From Myxococcota bacterium (lineage in GTDB: Bacteria > Myxococcota > XYA12-FULL-58-9 > JABJBS01): a stretch of DNA of 27,916 nucleotides. The notes under the pieces are model-generated. The model was not told the origin of the DNA. It saw only the letters and a list, made by a program, of their open reading frames with translations, and made no database searches. The stretch covers positions 1 through 27,916 of the forward strand of contig JAYZAY010000047.1 of assembly GCA_036339465.1 (NCBI GenBank), given 5' to 3'. This document shows, piece by piece, positions 18,785 through 27,916 of the stretch; the stretch's first letter is position 1; each line of letters begins with the position of its first letter. A program made the translations under genes and the position numbers.

Positions 18785-20431
18785 GTGAAGAGTCCCGTTA
18801 ATGCTAGCTTAAAGTCCGCTGGAATCGGAGTTGGTTTCGTACTCCTCGGCCTTACACTCGGAATTAACATCTTCGAAGGTTACTCCGAGTACATCGTTGC
18901 ACTCTTTGCCTTCATTGCCATTGGGTATCTCGCAAATAGGAGCAACTCAAACTCCAACCAAGGTGAGGCAAATATCGACAAGTTTGTAGAGCGATTGGCC
19001 TTCGGAAAATTCGATGAAGCAATTCACGAAGCCCGCGCAACCATGGCCATCTCTAGCGATGCAGAAGAAAGTATCATCGCGCTCCACCGACGCTCCAAAG
19101 AGAAAGCCCAAGCAGTAGACGGGCTTCACGGGGTCGTCATCAATGTGAATGGAACCCTAACCGGCCTCTCGGAAAGCCTCACAAATCAATCTGCCGCAAT
19201 TGAGATGGTAGCCCAGGCCAACGAGGGAAGTTCAACATTTTATAATGGACTCGCGGAACAATTTGAAGGATTGGCGGGTTCCGCCGAGCAAGGTGCCACA
19301 AGTATTGGTGAAATGGTAGCCATCAACACTGAGGTCCGAGAGAATATTCACAACCTTTCTCTTTCATTGCAAGAAACGACCAGTGCGATTGAAGAAATGA
19401 CCTTCTCCTCAAAAGAGGTTGCCAACAATATTGAAGAGTTAAGCACTGCAGCCGAAGACACTGCTGCATTCATGAATCAAATCGACGTTTCCATCAACCA
19501 AGTTGAAACCAACGCCACCGAAACCAGCAAGCTCTCAGAAACTGTTACCAACGATGCAGAAATAGGTGTGAATGCCATCAAACAAACGATTCAGGGTATC
19601 GACCGAATCAAAGAGTCAAGCAGGATTGCCGCTGACGCGATTGGGAACCTGGGTCAGAGGATTAATGAAATCGGAAACATCCTGAGCGTCATCGATGATG
19701 TCGCAGAACAAACAAACCTTCTCGCTCTAAACGCTGCCATTATCGCAGCGCAAGCAGGAGAGCACGGACGGGGCTTTGCGGTCGTAGCAGATGAAATCAA
19801 AGCACTCGCGGAAAGAACCGGCGCATCTACAAAAGAAATCGCCGACCTCATCAAAGGAATTCAAAATGAGTCCCGTAATGCTATTTCGGTAATGTCTCGG
19901 GGTGTTGAAGATGTTGATGACGGAGTTCGTCTCGGACACAATGCTGAAGATGCCCTAAGAAATATTGTTGACAGTGCCAAACGATCAACTTTAATGATCC
20001 AAAACATCGCTCAAGCAACGGTAGAACAAGCTCGAGGCTCAAAACAAGTCACCAACGCAATCAGTCGGATTGCTGAAACGGTTCAACAGATAGCCCTTGC
20101 CACCCAAGAGCAAGCCAAGGGAGCCGAGCATATTATGCAAAGTGCGGAGCGCATTAAATCCATCACACAACATGTGGAAAGAAGCGCTGAAGAACAAAAA
20201 CGCGGCGGGCACAACCTCACCGAAGCCATAGAGATGATCCGCGAATTGGTAACTCACGTTAGTCACGCTAGGAGCGCCCAAAGCGAAGGTTTCGACAAAG
20301 CAAGCGATGCTATTCGAGACGTTCGGGACTCGAGTGGCAGGCTTCTGAACTACAGCCAGGAAATTGGGCGAGCCATTGCAGGTGCATCGGGTATTATTTC
20401 CGACCTAGACGAGAGTAATCAGCGCCACTGA
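18785..20431 (+). CDS. methyl-accepting chemotaxis protein (2 TM, no periplasmic sensor domain)
   Basis: [37 protein letters not shown] signalling tip and methylation-like EQ/EE pairs. GTG start after GGAGG. Confidence 0.93.
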   Translation: MKSPVNASLKSAGIGVGFVLLGLTLGINIFEGYSEYIVALFAFIAIGYLANRSNSNSNQGEANIDKFVERLAFGKFDEAIHEARATMAISSDAEESIIALHRRSKEKAQAVDGLHGVVINVNGTLTGLSESLTNQSAAIEMVAQANEGSSTFYNGLAEQFEGLAGSAEQGATSIGEMVAINTEVRENIHNLSLSLQETTSAIEEMTFSSKEVANNIEELSTAAEDTAAFMNQIDVSINQVETNATETSKLSETVTNDAEIGVNAIKQTIQGIDRIKESSRIAADAIGNLGQRINEIGNILSVIDDVAEQTNLLALNAAIIAAQAGEHGRGFAVVADEIKALAERTGASTKEIADLIKGIQNESRNAISVMSRGVEDVDDGVRLGHNAEDALRNIVDSAKRSTLMIQNIAQATVEQARGSKQVTNAISRIAETVQQIALATQEQAKGAEHIMQSAERIKSITQHVERSAEEQKRGGHNLTEAIEMIRELVTHVSHARSAQSEGFDKASDAIRDVRDSSGRLLNYSQEIGRAIAGASGIISDLDESNQRH

Positions 20432-20468
20432 CATTTGAAACTAAGTCATCCCATGATACACCGTGGCT

Positions 20469-20891
20469 ATGTTCGGACTTGGTTTAGCAGAAATCGTGGT
20501 CATCCTGGTGCTTGCCTTGCTTGTGCTTGGCCCCGATAAATTACCAGGCATCGCCAAACAAATAGGCAAAGGCGTTCGAGAATTCAGACGCGCAGCCAGT
20601 GAGTTTCAAGCTGCCATCCAGATCTCAGATGACTTCATGCAACGTGATCACAAAAACCGCGCGACCCCCAAGCATAGTATTTCCCAAGATTCTCAATCTA
20701 ATCATGGTGAAGCTAATCATGGTGAAGCTAATCATGGCGAAGCTAATCATGGCGCCACCCTGCACATAAACGCCGAAAACGACAAACAAGTACCGAAAAA
20801 ACCAGTCCCTAAAACAAAATTAGATCTTGAATCACCCCAAGGAGCCGAGACCAGCGCACCCAATAAGGAGCAAGAGCTTGCCGGAGACTAA
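20469..20891 (+). CDS. tatB: twin-arginine translocase TatB (TatA/B family)
   Basis: MFGLGLAEIVVILVLALLVLGPDKLP, amphipathic helix, long disordered tail. Directly upstream of tatC. Confidence 0.85.
   Translation: MFGLGLAEIVVILVLALLVLGPDKLPGIAKQIGKGVREFRRAASEFQAAIQISDDFMQRDHKNRATPKHSISQDSQSNHGEANHGEANHGEANHGATLHINAENDKQVPKKPVPKTKLDLESPQGAETSAPNKEQELAGD
20698..20754 (+). repeat. 15-bp tandem repeat CTAATCATGGYGAAG x3.8 (encodes NHGEA repeats)
   Basis: Units start at 20698, 20713, 20728 and 20743 (partial); only one variable position. Confidence 0.95.
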
Positions 20892-21666
20892 GAACCTCGA
20901 TGGCTCCAAAATGAGCCTATTCGCTCATCTTGGAGAATTGAGAAGACGACTCATGTCCGCGATTCTAGCAGTCATTCTCTGCGGACTCGGTGCATTGGCA
21001 TTCGTAGAAGAGCTATTCGAATGGTTCAGAATTCCCCTGGACGGTATCCCCGACCAAGAAATGATCGTTCTAACTCCCCTTGAAATGTTCATTACCCACC
21101 TAAAACTAGCCGCCTTCGTGGGTATTTTTGTCTCGTTTCCTTGGCTCCTCTACCAATTTTGGCTCTTCATGAGTCCTGCCCTTTACAAGCACGAACGTAA
21201 ATGGGTCGTCCCCTTTATCCTATTTGGAACAGCGTTTTTTGTTAGCGGTGGCCTCTTCGCCTTTTACATCGTCATGCCCATGGGCTTCGAATACTTGGTC
21301 GCACTGGTACCCGATTCGGTTTCGGCTCAATATTCTGTAGCCGCGTACTTTTCCCTTGTCGTCCGACTCCTTTTGGCATTCGGCATCGTTTTCGAACTAC
21401 CACTGATCATGTGGTTTCTAACCGGTGCTGGAATTGTCCAAGTAGAAGGTTTCATCAAATTCCGAAAATATTGGATCGTCGTAGCGGTCGTGCTGGCTGC
21501 ATTGTTCACACCGCCGGACCCTTTTACACAACTTTTAATGGCAATCCCGCTTACCCTCTTTTTTGAATTGGGGATTTTAGGTTCTCGGGTTTTCGCGAAA
21601 CGCCATGACAAACGGAAAGTCAGAACCAATCACAAGCAAAAAGAGCCCACTGGAGACAATCTATAA
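20878..21666 (+). CDS. tatC: twin-arginine translocase TatC
   Basis: MSLFAHLGELRRRL, PALYKHER, FGIVFELP, FTPPDPFTQ. Start is TTG 20878 (AAGGAG upstream) or ATG 20911. Confidence 0.95.
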   Translation: MPETKNLDGSKMSLFAHLGELRRRLMSAILAVILCGLGALAFVEELFEWFRIPLDGIPDQEMIVLTPLEMFITHLKLAAFVGIFVSFPWLLYQFWLFMSPALYKHERKWVVPFILFGTAFFVSGGLFAFYIVMPMGFEYLVALVPDSVSAQYSVAAYFSLVVRLLLAFGIVFELPLIMWFLTGAGIVQVEGFIKFRKYWIVVAVVLAALFTPPDPFTQLLMAIPLTLFFELGILGSRVFAKRHDKRKVRTNHKQKEPTGDNL

Positions 21667-22038
21667 GCCGAGTTCTGTACCCACGAAGGGGCGGTGACCA
21701 TTCATCTAGGCCTGTAGTTACCTACAAACTCATGCTGCCTACCCGAAACCAACCGACGGGCCGCCAGCTGACACTTGCGCATCCTGATTTCCTATTTGGC
21801 ATTGCACCAGATGGGGTTTACCTTGCCAACACTCGTCACCGAGCGTGCGGTGCGCTCTTACCGCACCTTTTCATCGTGACCAACTCACGCCTAAGCGCTA
21901 CGGCTGGCCGTCTATTTTCTGTGGCACTTTCCGTCGGGTCTCCCCGCCTGGCAGTTAGCCAGCATCTCGCCCTTCGGTGCTCGGACTTTCCTCTAAGGCT
22001 ATAAATCCTCAGCGACCACCCGATTGTCTCCAGTGAGC
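21645..22038 (-). ncRNA. rnpB: RNase P RNA, bacterial type A
   Basis: Minus strand has GAGGAAAGUCCGAGC, AGUGCCACAGAAA, GGUAAACCCC and ACAGAACUCGGCUUAU; P4 halves CCGAG/CUCGG covary. P1 is GCUCACUGGAGACAAUC paired with GAUUGUCUCCAGUGGGC. Confidence 0.97.
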
Positions 22039-22168
22039 GGACGCTCTCTATCAGATAAGATCACGAAGGAAAAGTGGTTGAACCCAGTGAGTCACTAAGA
22101 AAAAGCGGCTTCTTCTTTCCAACTATCGATATCAGAACAGGCGGCTAACCCTTAGGAAAAATGAGTCG

Positions 22169-22756
22169 TCAGTGGTTATCGAGAGCTTTATTGGCTTCTC
22201 GGTCAGCCGCGACGTTGTATTCGCGTCGCACGTGGGCAATGGTCCAACTCTCAAAAGCTCTCAAGCAATGAAGAATCTCATCATAAAATGGTTTGAGTCG
22301 GACATTTTTCACTCGGTAAATCCCCAGGATCTGCTTCACCACCAGCTCACTATCAATACAGATCTCAAGCGTAGAGATACCTCGAGCTTCGGACTCCCTC
22401 ACACCCACCAATAGGGCCAAATATTCAGCTTCATTATTGGTTTTCTTTCCCAAACGTTCGCCACCCGCTGCGATTTCCGATCCGTCTCTGCCATAGAGAA
22501 CCCAGCCCGCTGCCGCAGGACCTGGATTACCTCGTGCCGCCCCATCGGTATGCAAGCGAGCCCAGGAACCAGAAAATGCCGTCTTTGATGTATTAGATGT
22601 CGAATCATTCTCAGGAATGATAAAGTCTCGAAGTAAATCCACAAGCTCGGAATATGAAAACCCATCCAGTTTCGCAGCAGTTGAAGCGAGCCAACTCACA
22701 TCCTCTAAACATCGTTTGGAAAACTCAGAAAGAAGCTTCTTCTTGGAATCCGACAT
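22169..22756 (-). CDS. rnhA: ribonuclease HI family protein with N-terminal extension
   Basis: TDGAARGNPG, TNNEAEY, DSELVVKQ, HVRREYNVAADREAN (catalytic D-E-D-D intact). Start placed at ATG 22756, just after the upstream stop. Confidence 0.88.
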   Translation of the reverse strand: MSDSKKKLLSEFSKRCLEDVSWLASTAAKLDGFSYSELVDLLRDFIIPENDSTSNTSKTAFSGSWARLHTDGAARGNPGPAAAGWVLYGRDGSEIAAGGERLGKKTNNEAEYLALLVGVRESEARGISTLEICIDSELVVKQILGIYRVKNVRLKPFYDEILHCLRAFESWTIAHVRREYNVAADREANKALDNH

Positions 22757-22760
22757 AGAT

Positions 22761-23549
22761 TTAAAGAGGCGCGTTAGAATCCGAAGATTCCGTAGCCTCG
22801 GCCGCTGCGATTTCCACTGCTCTTTCATCGGACAGATTCGGAAGATGTTGCTGCCAAATCAATATCCTTTGGCAGCTGGCGCACTCCAGAATTTCCTCAC
22901 CACGCTGTAACTGATTGTACATTTGAGGCCGAAGAGCGACGTTGCACGACTGGCAAGTCCCGCCCATCACTATGGCCAAACCCACACCCCGACGTTTCGC
23001 CCGGATGCGATCGTAACGACGAAGCAACGTTTTGTCGACCCGTGGAAGAATATATTTCCGCCGGCTGGCATGTTTTTCGATACAACCACTAATTTCACCG
23101 AGACGCATTTCCAAGCGTCCCGTCTCGTCCGTAGCCGCAACCCCAACTTCGGTGGTCCTATCTCGAAGACCATCCACTTCTTCTTCGAGAGTCTCTCTAC
23201 TCTTCCAAAGCTCCAGAATCTTCTCTTCGGAATCGCCAATGGCTCGTTTTGTGCCCTCTATCTCTCGAGATAGAGCCAGATACTCACGCTGATTTCTAAT
23301 CTCCTTTAGACGAGCTTCCCATTTACGGAGCTTTAGCTTTTCTGCCTGAACATTGCTTTCGAGCGCCTTCGCTTCGTGCTCAAGACCGGCAGCACTGCCA
23401 TCAAGGCCCTGGATTTCAGTTCCAAGGTTGTCCAATTGTCCGTTGAGTTTCGTCAGCTTTGCAGGGAGCCCACGTTTTTCTTCTTCTAGACCGAAGATTT
23501 GTACATCAATCCGCTGTAATTCATATAAGAAACTTAATTGCTCGCGCAC
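22761..23549 (-). CDS. coiled-coil C4-type zinc-ribbon protein (DUF164 / CT398 / HP0958 family)
   Basis: LYELQRIDVQI, long coiled coil, LLRRYDRIR, CQSC...CASCQRIL. GTG start after AGGAGG. Confidence 0.9.
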   Translation of the reverse strand: MREQLSFLYELQRIDVQIFGLEEEKRGLPAKLTKLNGQLDNLGTEIQGLDGSAAGLEHEAKALESNVQAEKLKLRKWEARLKEIRNQREYLALSREIEGTKRAIGDSEEKILELWKSRETLEEEVDGLRDRTTEVGVAATDETGRLEMRLGEISGCIEKHASRRKYILPRVDKTLLRRYDRIRAKRRGVGLAIVMGGTCQSCNVALRPQMYNQLQRGEEILECASCQRILIWQQHLPNLSDERAVEIAAAEATESSDSNAPL

Positions 23550-23616
23550 TGGTTTGGCCTCCTAATCAGGTCAAATCGGCACAATCCCCGGATTTTCTCA
23601 CACATATTCCGCCGGT

Positions 23617-23692
23617 TGGTGGGCCCACCAGGACTCGAACCTGGGACCAATCGGTTATGAGCCGACGGCTCTACCAGCTGAGCTATAGGCCC
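23617..23692 (-). tRNA. tRNA-Ile2 (CAU anticodon, lysidine-modified)
   Basis: GGGCCTATAGCTCAGCTGGTAGAGCCGTCGGCTCATAACCGATTGGTCCCAGGTTCGAGTCCTGGTGGGCCCACCA; 76 nt, encoded CCA. G1-C72 pair (not initiator) and C4-G69/C5-G68 TilS determinants. Confidence 0.92.
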
Positions 23693-23741
23693 AACAATAT
23701 CCGACGCGCCAAGCGTGTACGCCAGATTGTACTTCGAGAGA

Positions 23742-23771
23742 CGTCTAGCACAAGGAGTAACAAATTGGCAA
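23742..23771 (-). promoter_or_regulatory. sigma70-type promoter for the tRNA-Ile2 / zinc-ribbon / rnhA unit
   Basis: Minus strand TTGCCA, 18 bp spacer ending in TGC, TAGACG; about 50 nt upstream of the tRNA. Confidence 0.5.
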
Positions 23772-23841
23772 CGCTCCAAATGCAAGACAAGTGAAACGAT
23801 TGATAAACAGGGGGTGACTTAGTACAAATTCTCCTAAAAAA

Positions 23842-25896
23842 TCACTCAGTAAACGATTTCAAACGTTTGGCACGAGACGGGTGGCGAAGTTTACGTAGCG
23901 CCTTAGCTTCAATCTGGCGGATCCGCTCTCGAGTTACTTCGAAATCTTGTCCAACCTCTTCCAAAGTATGATCACTTTTCTCACCAATACCAAATCGCAT
24001 TCTCAGTACTTTTTCTTCCCGTGGGGTTAAGGTCGCCAGGACCTTCCTAGTCTGATCACTCAAATTATCGGCGATCACCACCTCCGACGGATTCAAAACG
24101 TTCTCATCTTCTACAAAATCTCCCAATTGAGAATCTTCATCTTCGCCAATGGGCGTATCCAGAGAAATTGGCTCCTTGGCGATACGGAGAACCCTTTCGA
24201 CTTTGTCCAGAGGCAAAGCCATTTTTTCTGCTATTTCTTCTGGGGTCGGCTCACGCCCCATGTCTTGAACCAAATAACGCGTGGTTCGCACGAGTTTATT
24301 GATGTTCTCAATCATGTGAACGGGAATTCGAATGGTTCGAGCTTGATCTGCAATCGCCCTGGTAATTGCCTGCCGGATCCACCAGGTAGCATAAGTAGAG
24401 AACTTGTATCCTCGGCGGTATTCAAATTTATCTACCGCCTTCATCAACCCAATATTTCCTTCTTGAATCAAATCCAAAAGCTGAAGGCCACGATTGGTGT
24501 ACTTTTTAGAAATTGAAACCACCAACCTTAAATTCGCCTCAATCAGCTCGGCCTTTGCCTGATCCGTTTGACGTTCTGATTTAGCGATGCTGTGATAGCT
24601 CTCCCAGACATGGTCAATGGTGATCCCATTGTCTCTCTCGATACGCTCTAACTTTCTTTCCACGCTCACAAAAACGCGCTCGGCTTCTTCAAGGGCATCT
24701 CGGGGTAAGCCGCTCTCTTTCGTAACTGCGGCCTTCTCGTCTTCGCTTTCCCGAAAACGCTCTATGTACCCAGTCAATTCCTCAAGCGTTAATCCTAATC
24801 TTCGCTCTAATCTTAAGACCTCCATCTCGGTCTTGTTGATTTTCATGACCGTGCTTTTGATCTTTAGAATAAGCTTGTCGATCTGCTTGTTCGAAAGCCG
24901 AATCCCTTCAAAAATCGTCGCCATATTGCGACTAACCTCAACTCGTTGCGCCGCTAACTCATTGGCTTGCTCCGGCTTAAGCACCTCATCCGCAAGGCGG
25001 TTGGAAAGCTCCTTATAAGATGTCCAGCACCTTTTGAGATTTTGAAGGTCTTCGATGAACCCCACTTTCTTCGCTGTTTTCCCGGCCTCATAAGCAGAAC
25101 GAGTTGCTTCAACTTCTTCTCCAGCAGGCCGCTCATTCTCCCCCTCTTTTTTATCTAAAATATCCTCTTCCTCTTCGGCCTCGGAATCGTTCTCATCGTC
25201 CTTACCACCGTTCTCATCAAGTTCTTCATCGAGTTCGTCATCGGTGGCCTCGTATTCCCTCAGGATATCTCGAATCTTCACGGCACCGCGGTCAAGGCGC
25301 TGCTCTAACTTCAAAAGTTCTTGGATCGCGATCGAAGAATAACTAAGCGTGTGTAAAGTTTCTATTTCACCCTCTTCGATCCGTTTCGCGATTTCCACCT
25401 CGCCCTCGCGGCTCAAAAGTGGAACAGCGCCCATTCTCCGTAAGTAAGTACGAACCGGATCTGCAGAGCGAACTGAAGATTCCTCCTGGACGACCGAAAG
25501 CAATTTCGACTTATTGGCCTCTTGGATTTTCTTACCGTTAGAATCAAAAACGTCAATTTCGTTTTGAGCCAATAGGTCTAGGATTTTCCCTATTGTCTGC
25601 AGAGCGTTTTTGTCATCTGGAACAATTTCATTGATCTGCTCGAGCTTTATATGACCTTTGTTTCGACCGACTTGAAAAAGCTTCTTAAGGCCCGGTAGTC
25701 CTTCAATACTCCTATCCACGGCCGCTCTTTCCTTCAACGAGCCTTTTTTTGAGGACGGTCCTTGATCTTCGAATAATTCAACCGTCAACTCTAAACCCAC
25801 AAGCATATCATCCACAGTTACAGAACTCTTGGATTCAAGCACGTCACTAGACTTTGGCTTTTTTTCAAACTCTTTCGGTTTATCGCCCCCGGCCAT
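23842..25896 (-). CDS. rpoD: RNA polymerase primary sigma factor RpoD
   Basis: Region 1.1, [11 protein letters not shown], acidic non-conserved region, [53 protein letters not shown]. Confidence 0.98.
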   Translation of the reverse strand: MAGGDKPKEFEKKPKSSDVLESKSSVTVDDMLVGLELTVELFEDQGPSSKKGSLKERAAVDRSIEGLPGLKKLFQVGRNKGHIKLEQINEIVPDDKNALQTIGKILDLLAQNEIDVFDSNGKKIQEANKSKLLSVVQEESSVRSADPVRTYLRRMGAVPLLSREGEVEIAKRIEEGEIETLHTLSYSSIAIQELLKLEQRLDRGAVKIRDILREYEATDDELDEELDENGGKDDENDSEAEEEEDILDKKEGENERPAGEEVEATRSAYEAGKTAKKVGFIEDLQNLKRCWTSYKELSNRLADEVLKPEQANELAAQRVEVSRNMATIFEGIRLSNKQIDKLILKIKSTVMKINKTEMEVLRLERRLGLTLEELTGYIERFRESEDEKAAVTKESGLPRDALEEAERVFVSVERKLERIERDNGITIDHVWESYHSIAKSERQTDQAKAELIEANLRLVVSISKKYTNRGLQLLDLIQEGNIGLMKAVDKFEYRRGYKFSTYATWWIRQAITRAIADQARTIRIPVHMIENINKLVRTTRYLVQDMGREPTPEEIAEKMALPLDKVERVLRIAKEPISLDTPIGEDEDSQLGDFVEDENVLNPSEVVIADNLSDQTRKVLATLTPREEKVLRMRFGIGEKSDHTLEEVGQDFEVTRERIRQIEAKALRKLRHPSRAKRLKSFTE

Positions 25897-25912
25897 GTAA
25901 TGGTCTCCTTCG

Positions 25913-27793
25913 TTAAGATTTCCGCTGTAGCGCTCTCAGGTTGTGCAAAATAGCCATCCTACGCCTCGCCAAATCCCCAACTTCCTCTCCTCGCTTCTCC
26001 GCCGCAGTCAGCTCAATCTTTACTTCGTCTAATGCACTCTCAAGATGCTTGGCCTTAAGTCGATCAAGGGCATCTTTAAATGTCTGATCGGCTAGGCGAA
26101 CCACATCAACATCCTCTCCCGCCTCAAGAGGGCTCACCTCAAAAACGCGTCTCATTTTAGAACGAGCACGCTCCGACCACCCAAGACTTTCTACAACCTT
26201 CTCGACACTTGCTTCGCTTAGAGCAAGCGCCGAGCATAGCGTTTCCATCTCTTCGGTCTGTGCGTATTCTCCCATCTCCTCAAATCGTACCCTTAATTGG
26301 GGGAAGAGAGAAAGCTCCTTTAGAATCGCGATTTCAAAATCAGTGGGTGCGGCCACTTTTTCCGGCTGACGCTGCGCGTCCAGGTTTGGCCTCTCTTCGT
26401 AACCCAACGGAATATTATCATAAAAATGAGGCGGTTCTCCGAAGGCGGGTGGGTTTACCTCTGGAGATCTAGGATCCAATTCCGCCCCACCAATTACATG
26501 GGGCTGAACTTGCTTCACTGGTTTTAGATGATTTTTCAATTGCTCGATGGATACCCCAACCGCCTCGGCCAAACGAGCCATATATAAATCCCGCTCTAAA
26601 CCGTCAGAGGTCGCCGATAAAAGAGGCTGAATTTGCCGGGCCACCTCGACTCGCGACTCCACTGAATCTGCTTGCTCCCCAAGATAATGGTTCATTAAAA
26701 CTTCGATGGCAGGCTCTGCTTCTCGAATTCTCTCCCTGAATGCTTCAGGGCCATGCTCTTTAATAAAGCTATCTGGATCGTGTTTCTCTGGAAGAATCGC
26801 CATCTTGGCTTTCAACCCACCCTTGAGAACAGCCAGTGACGCTTTATAGGCGGCCCTAATGCCCGCATCGTCGCCGTCTAGGACTAGGGTGACCCTTTCA
26901 ACAAAGCGCCCACAGAGTCGGACGTGTTCATCGTTGAAAGCTGTCCCTAGGGAGGCAACAACATTTTCAACCCCTGCCCGATGGGCTGCCAACACATCGA
27001 GAAAACCCTCGACAACCACCGCTGTCTTTTCCTGTCGAAGCCCTTTTTGCCCCTCGTACACGCCGAATAACATTCGATTCTTGCTAAACCATGGCATATC
27101 CTTCGAATTGAGATATTTGGGTCCAAAGCCATCTTTTCGGAGTCTTCTTCCCCCAAATCCAAGAATTTTTCCCCGTTCGTCACGAATGGGGAAAACCATT
27201 CGCCCATCAAAGAAAAGGCGCTGCTTATCCTCTGTTAATAAGCCAGCTTCAACCAAATCCTCCTTCCGAACCCCCTCTTTTTCCATCCACTGAAAATACG
27301 CCGTCGAAGCGCCACCGAAGCCTACCTGAAACAAATTCACCTCATCCCTCAGTACACCGCGTTCCTGAACATAGCGCCGACAAGCCATCCCCGAGGCATC
27401 CCGTAAAGACCGACCGAAAAAATCCGACGTTAATTGGTTGATGTGGTATACCTTCTCAAACTTTTCTCTTTGCTTAGCCACCAGAGGATCCGAAGCATAT
27501 TGGATACCTAAATCACCGGCTAAGTTCTCCGCCGCTTCACCAAATGACATCCCCTGGAACTTCATAACAAAACTCAACGCGTCACCAGCAGCCTGACAAC
27601 CAAAGCAATAATAGAAGTTTTTCTTCTCAGAAACACTAAAGGAAGGAGTTTTCTCCGGATGAAATGGGCATAGACCAATGTAGTCTTTTCCTTGCTTGCG
27701 CAACTCGACATGCTTCGAAACAACATCGAGAATCTGCGCTCGCGTTCTAATTTCCTCGATCACCGTTTTTGGTACAACCACCTTCAACCCCAA
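25913..27793 (-). CDS. dnaG: DNA primase
   Basis: CHC2 zinc finger [11 protein letters not shown]...CFGC, PKYLNS, TOPRIM VEGFLDV/SLGTA/DGDDAG, DPD. Start uncertain (TTG 27793 or GTG 27781). Confidence 0.96.
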   Translation of the reverse strand: MGLKVVVPKTVIEEIRTRAQILDVVSKHVELRKQGKDYIGLCPFHPEKTPSFSVSEKKNFYYCFGCQAAGDALSFVMKFQGMSFGEAAENLAGDLGIQYASDPLVAKQREKFEKVYHINQLTSDFFGRSLRDASGMACRRYVQERGVLRDEVNLFQVGFGGASTAYFQWMEKEGVRKEDLVEAGLLTEDKQRLFFDGRMVFPIRDERGKILGFGGRRLRKDGFGPKYLNSKDMPWFSKNRMLFGVYEGQKGLRQEKTAVVVEGFLDVLAAHRAGVENVVASLGTAFNDEHVRLCGRFVERVTLVLDGDDAGIRAAYKASLAVLKGGLKAKMAILPEKHDPDSFIKEHGPEAFRERIREAEPAIEVLMNHYLGEQADSVESRVEVARQIQPLLSATSDGLERDLYMARLAEAVGVSIEQLKNHLKPVKQVQPHVIGGAELDPRSPEVNPPAFGEPPHFYDNIPLGYEERPNLDAQRQPEKVAAPTDFEIAILKELSLFPQLRVRFEEMGEYAQTEEMETLCSALALSEASVEKVVESLGWSERARSKMRRVFEVSPLEAGEDVDVVRLADQTFKDALDRLKAKHLESALDEVKIELTAAEKRGEEVGDLARRRMAILHNLRALQRKS

Positions 27794-27888
27794 GCGTTAT
27801 GGATTGTTCTAAATAGATGCACATCCCTTTAATATGCTACAGTCGCAAGCCATATTCCCCTTTAAAAGGAATCCTTTCAAGCGTTCAC

Positions 27889-27905
27889 TTGGCATCGAAC
27901 TTGCT
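27889..27905 (+). promoter_or_regulatory. sigma54 (-24/-12) promoter pointing out of the window, divergent from dnaG
   Basis: TTGGCATCGAACTTGCT: GG-N10-GC with TGGCA and TTGCT, in intergenic DNA. Confidence 0.65.
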
Positions 27906-27916
27906 CAGACACCCAC

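Noticed and set aside
20698..20754. Repeat as a mini-CRISPR
   Set aside because: 15-bp units with no spacers, in frame within tatB, and no cas genes.
21732..22004. 90-aa + strand ORF
   Set aside because: Lies entirely on the antisense of rnpB.
23550..23616. Integrated element at the tRNA 3' end
   Set aside because: Only 67 bp to the conserved zinc-ribbon gene; no att duplication or integrase seen.
23617..23692. tRNA-Met assignment from the CAT anticodon
   Set aside because: G1-C72 pair, no GGG/CCC anticodon stem, and the GGGCC acceptor stem with TilS determinants indicate Ile2.
23459..23794. ORFs 23459-23794 (+) and 23534-23785 (-)
   Set aside because: They span the tRNA gene and its promoter; translation artefacts.
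25130..25255. Highly acidic low-complexity stretch in rpoD
   Set aside because: Normal acidic loop of the sigma70 non-conserved region.

Overview
Gene-dense, roughly 50% GC bacterial chromosomal housekeeping region. It is most consistent with a Na+-cycle (probably marine) deltaproteobacterium/Myxococcota relative; this is an inference from gene content and gene order. From left to right: a complete Na+-NQR operon with maturation genes (nqrABCDEF-apbE-nqrM), a secreted HAD-fold protein, a cupin, a stand-alone homodimeric pyruvate dehydrogenase E1 (aceE), a minus-strand operon (large exported protein, LolD/MacB-type ATPase, FtsX/LolE-type permease, BolA), a probable frameshifted remnant of a secreted ASH/choice-of-anchor-D protein, a YkgJ Cys-cluster protein, a secreted FecR-domain protein, an orphan very long MCP without a sensor domain, tatB-tatC, and the minus-strand block dnaG-rpoD-tRNA-Ile2(CAU)-C4 zinc-ribbon protein-RNase HI-rnpB. 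I saw no mobile element, CRISPR array, prophage or defence system, and no clearly new multi-gene system. The best leads are the sensorless MCP with a non-canonical trimer-contact tip, tatC ending inside the antisense of RNase P RNA, recurring leaderless promoter geometry, the uncharacterised type VII ABC module, a His-containing tandem repeat in TatB and a sigma54 promoter at the right edge. All calls are from motif recognition by eye; no database searches were run.
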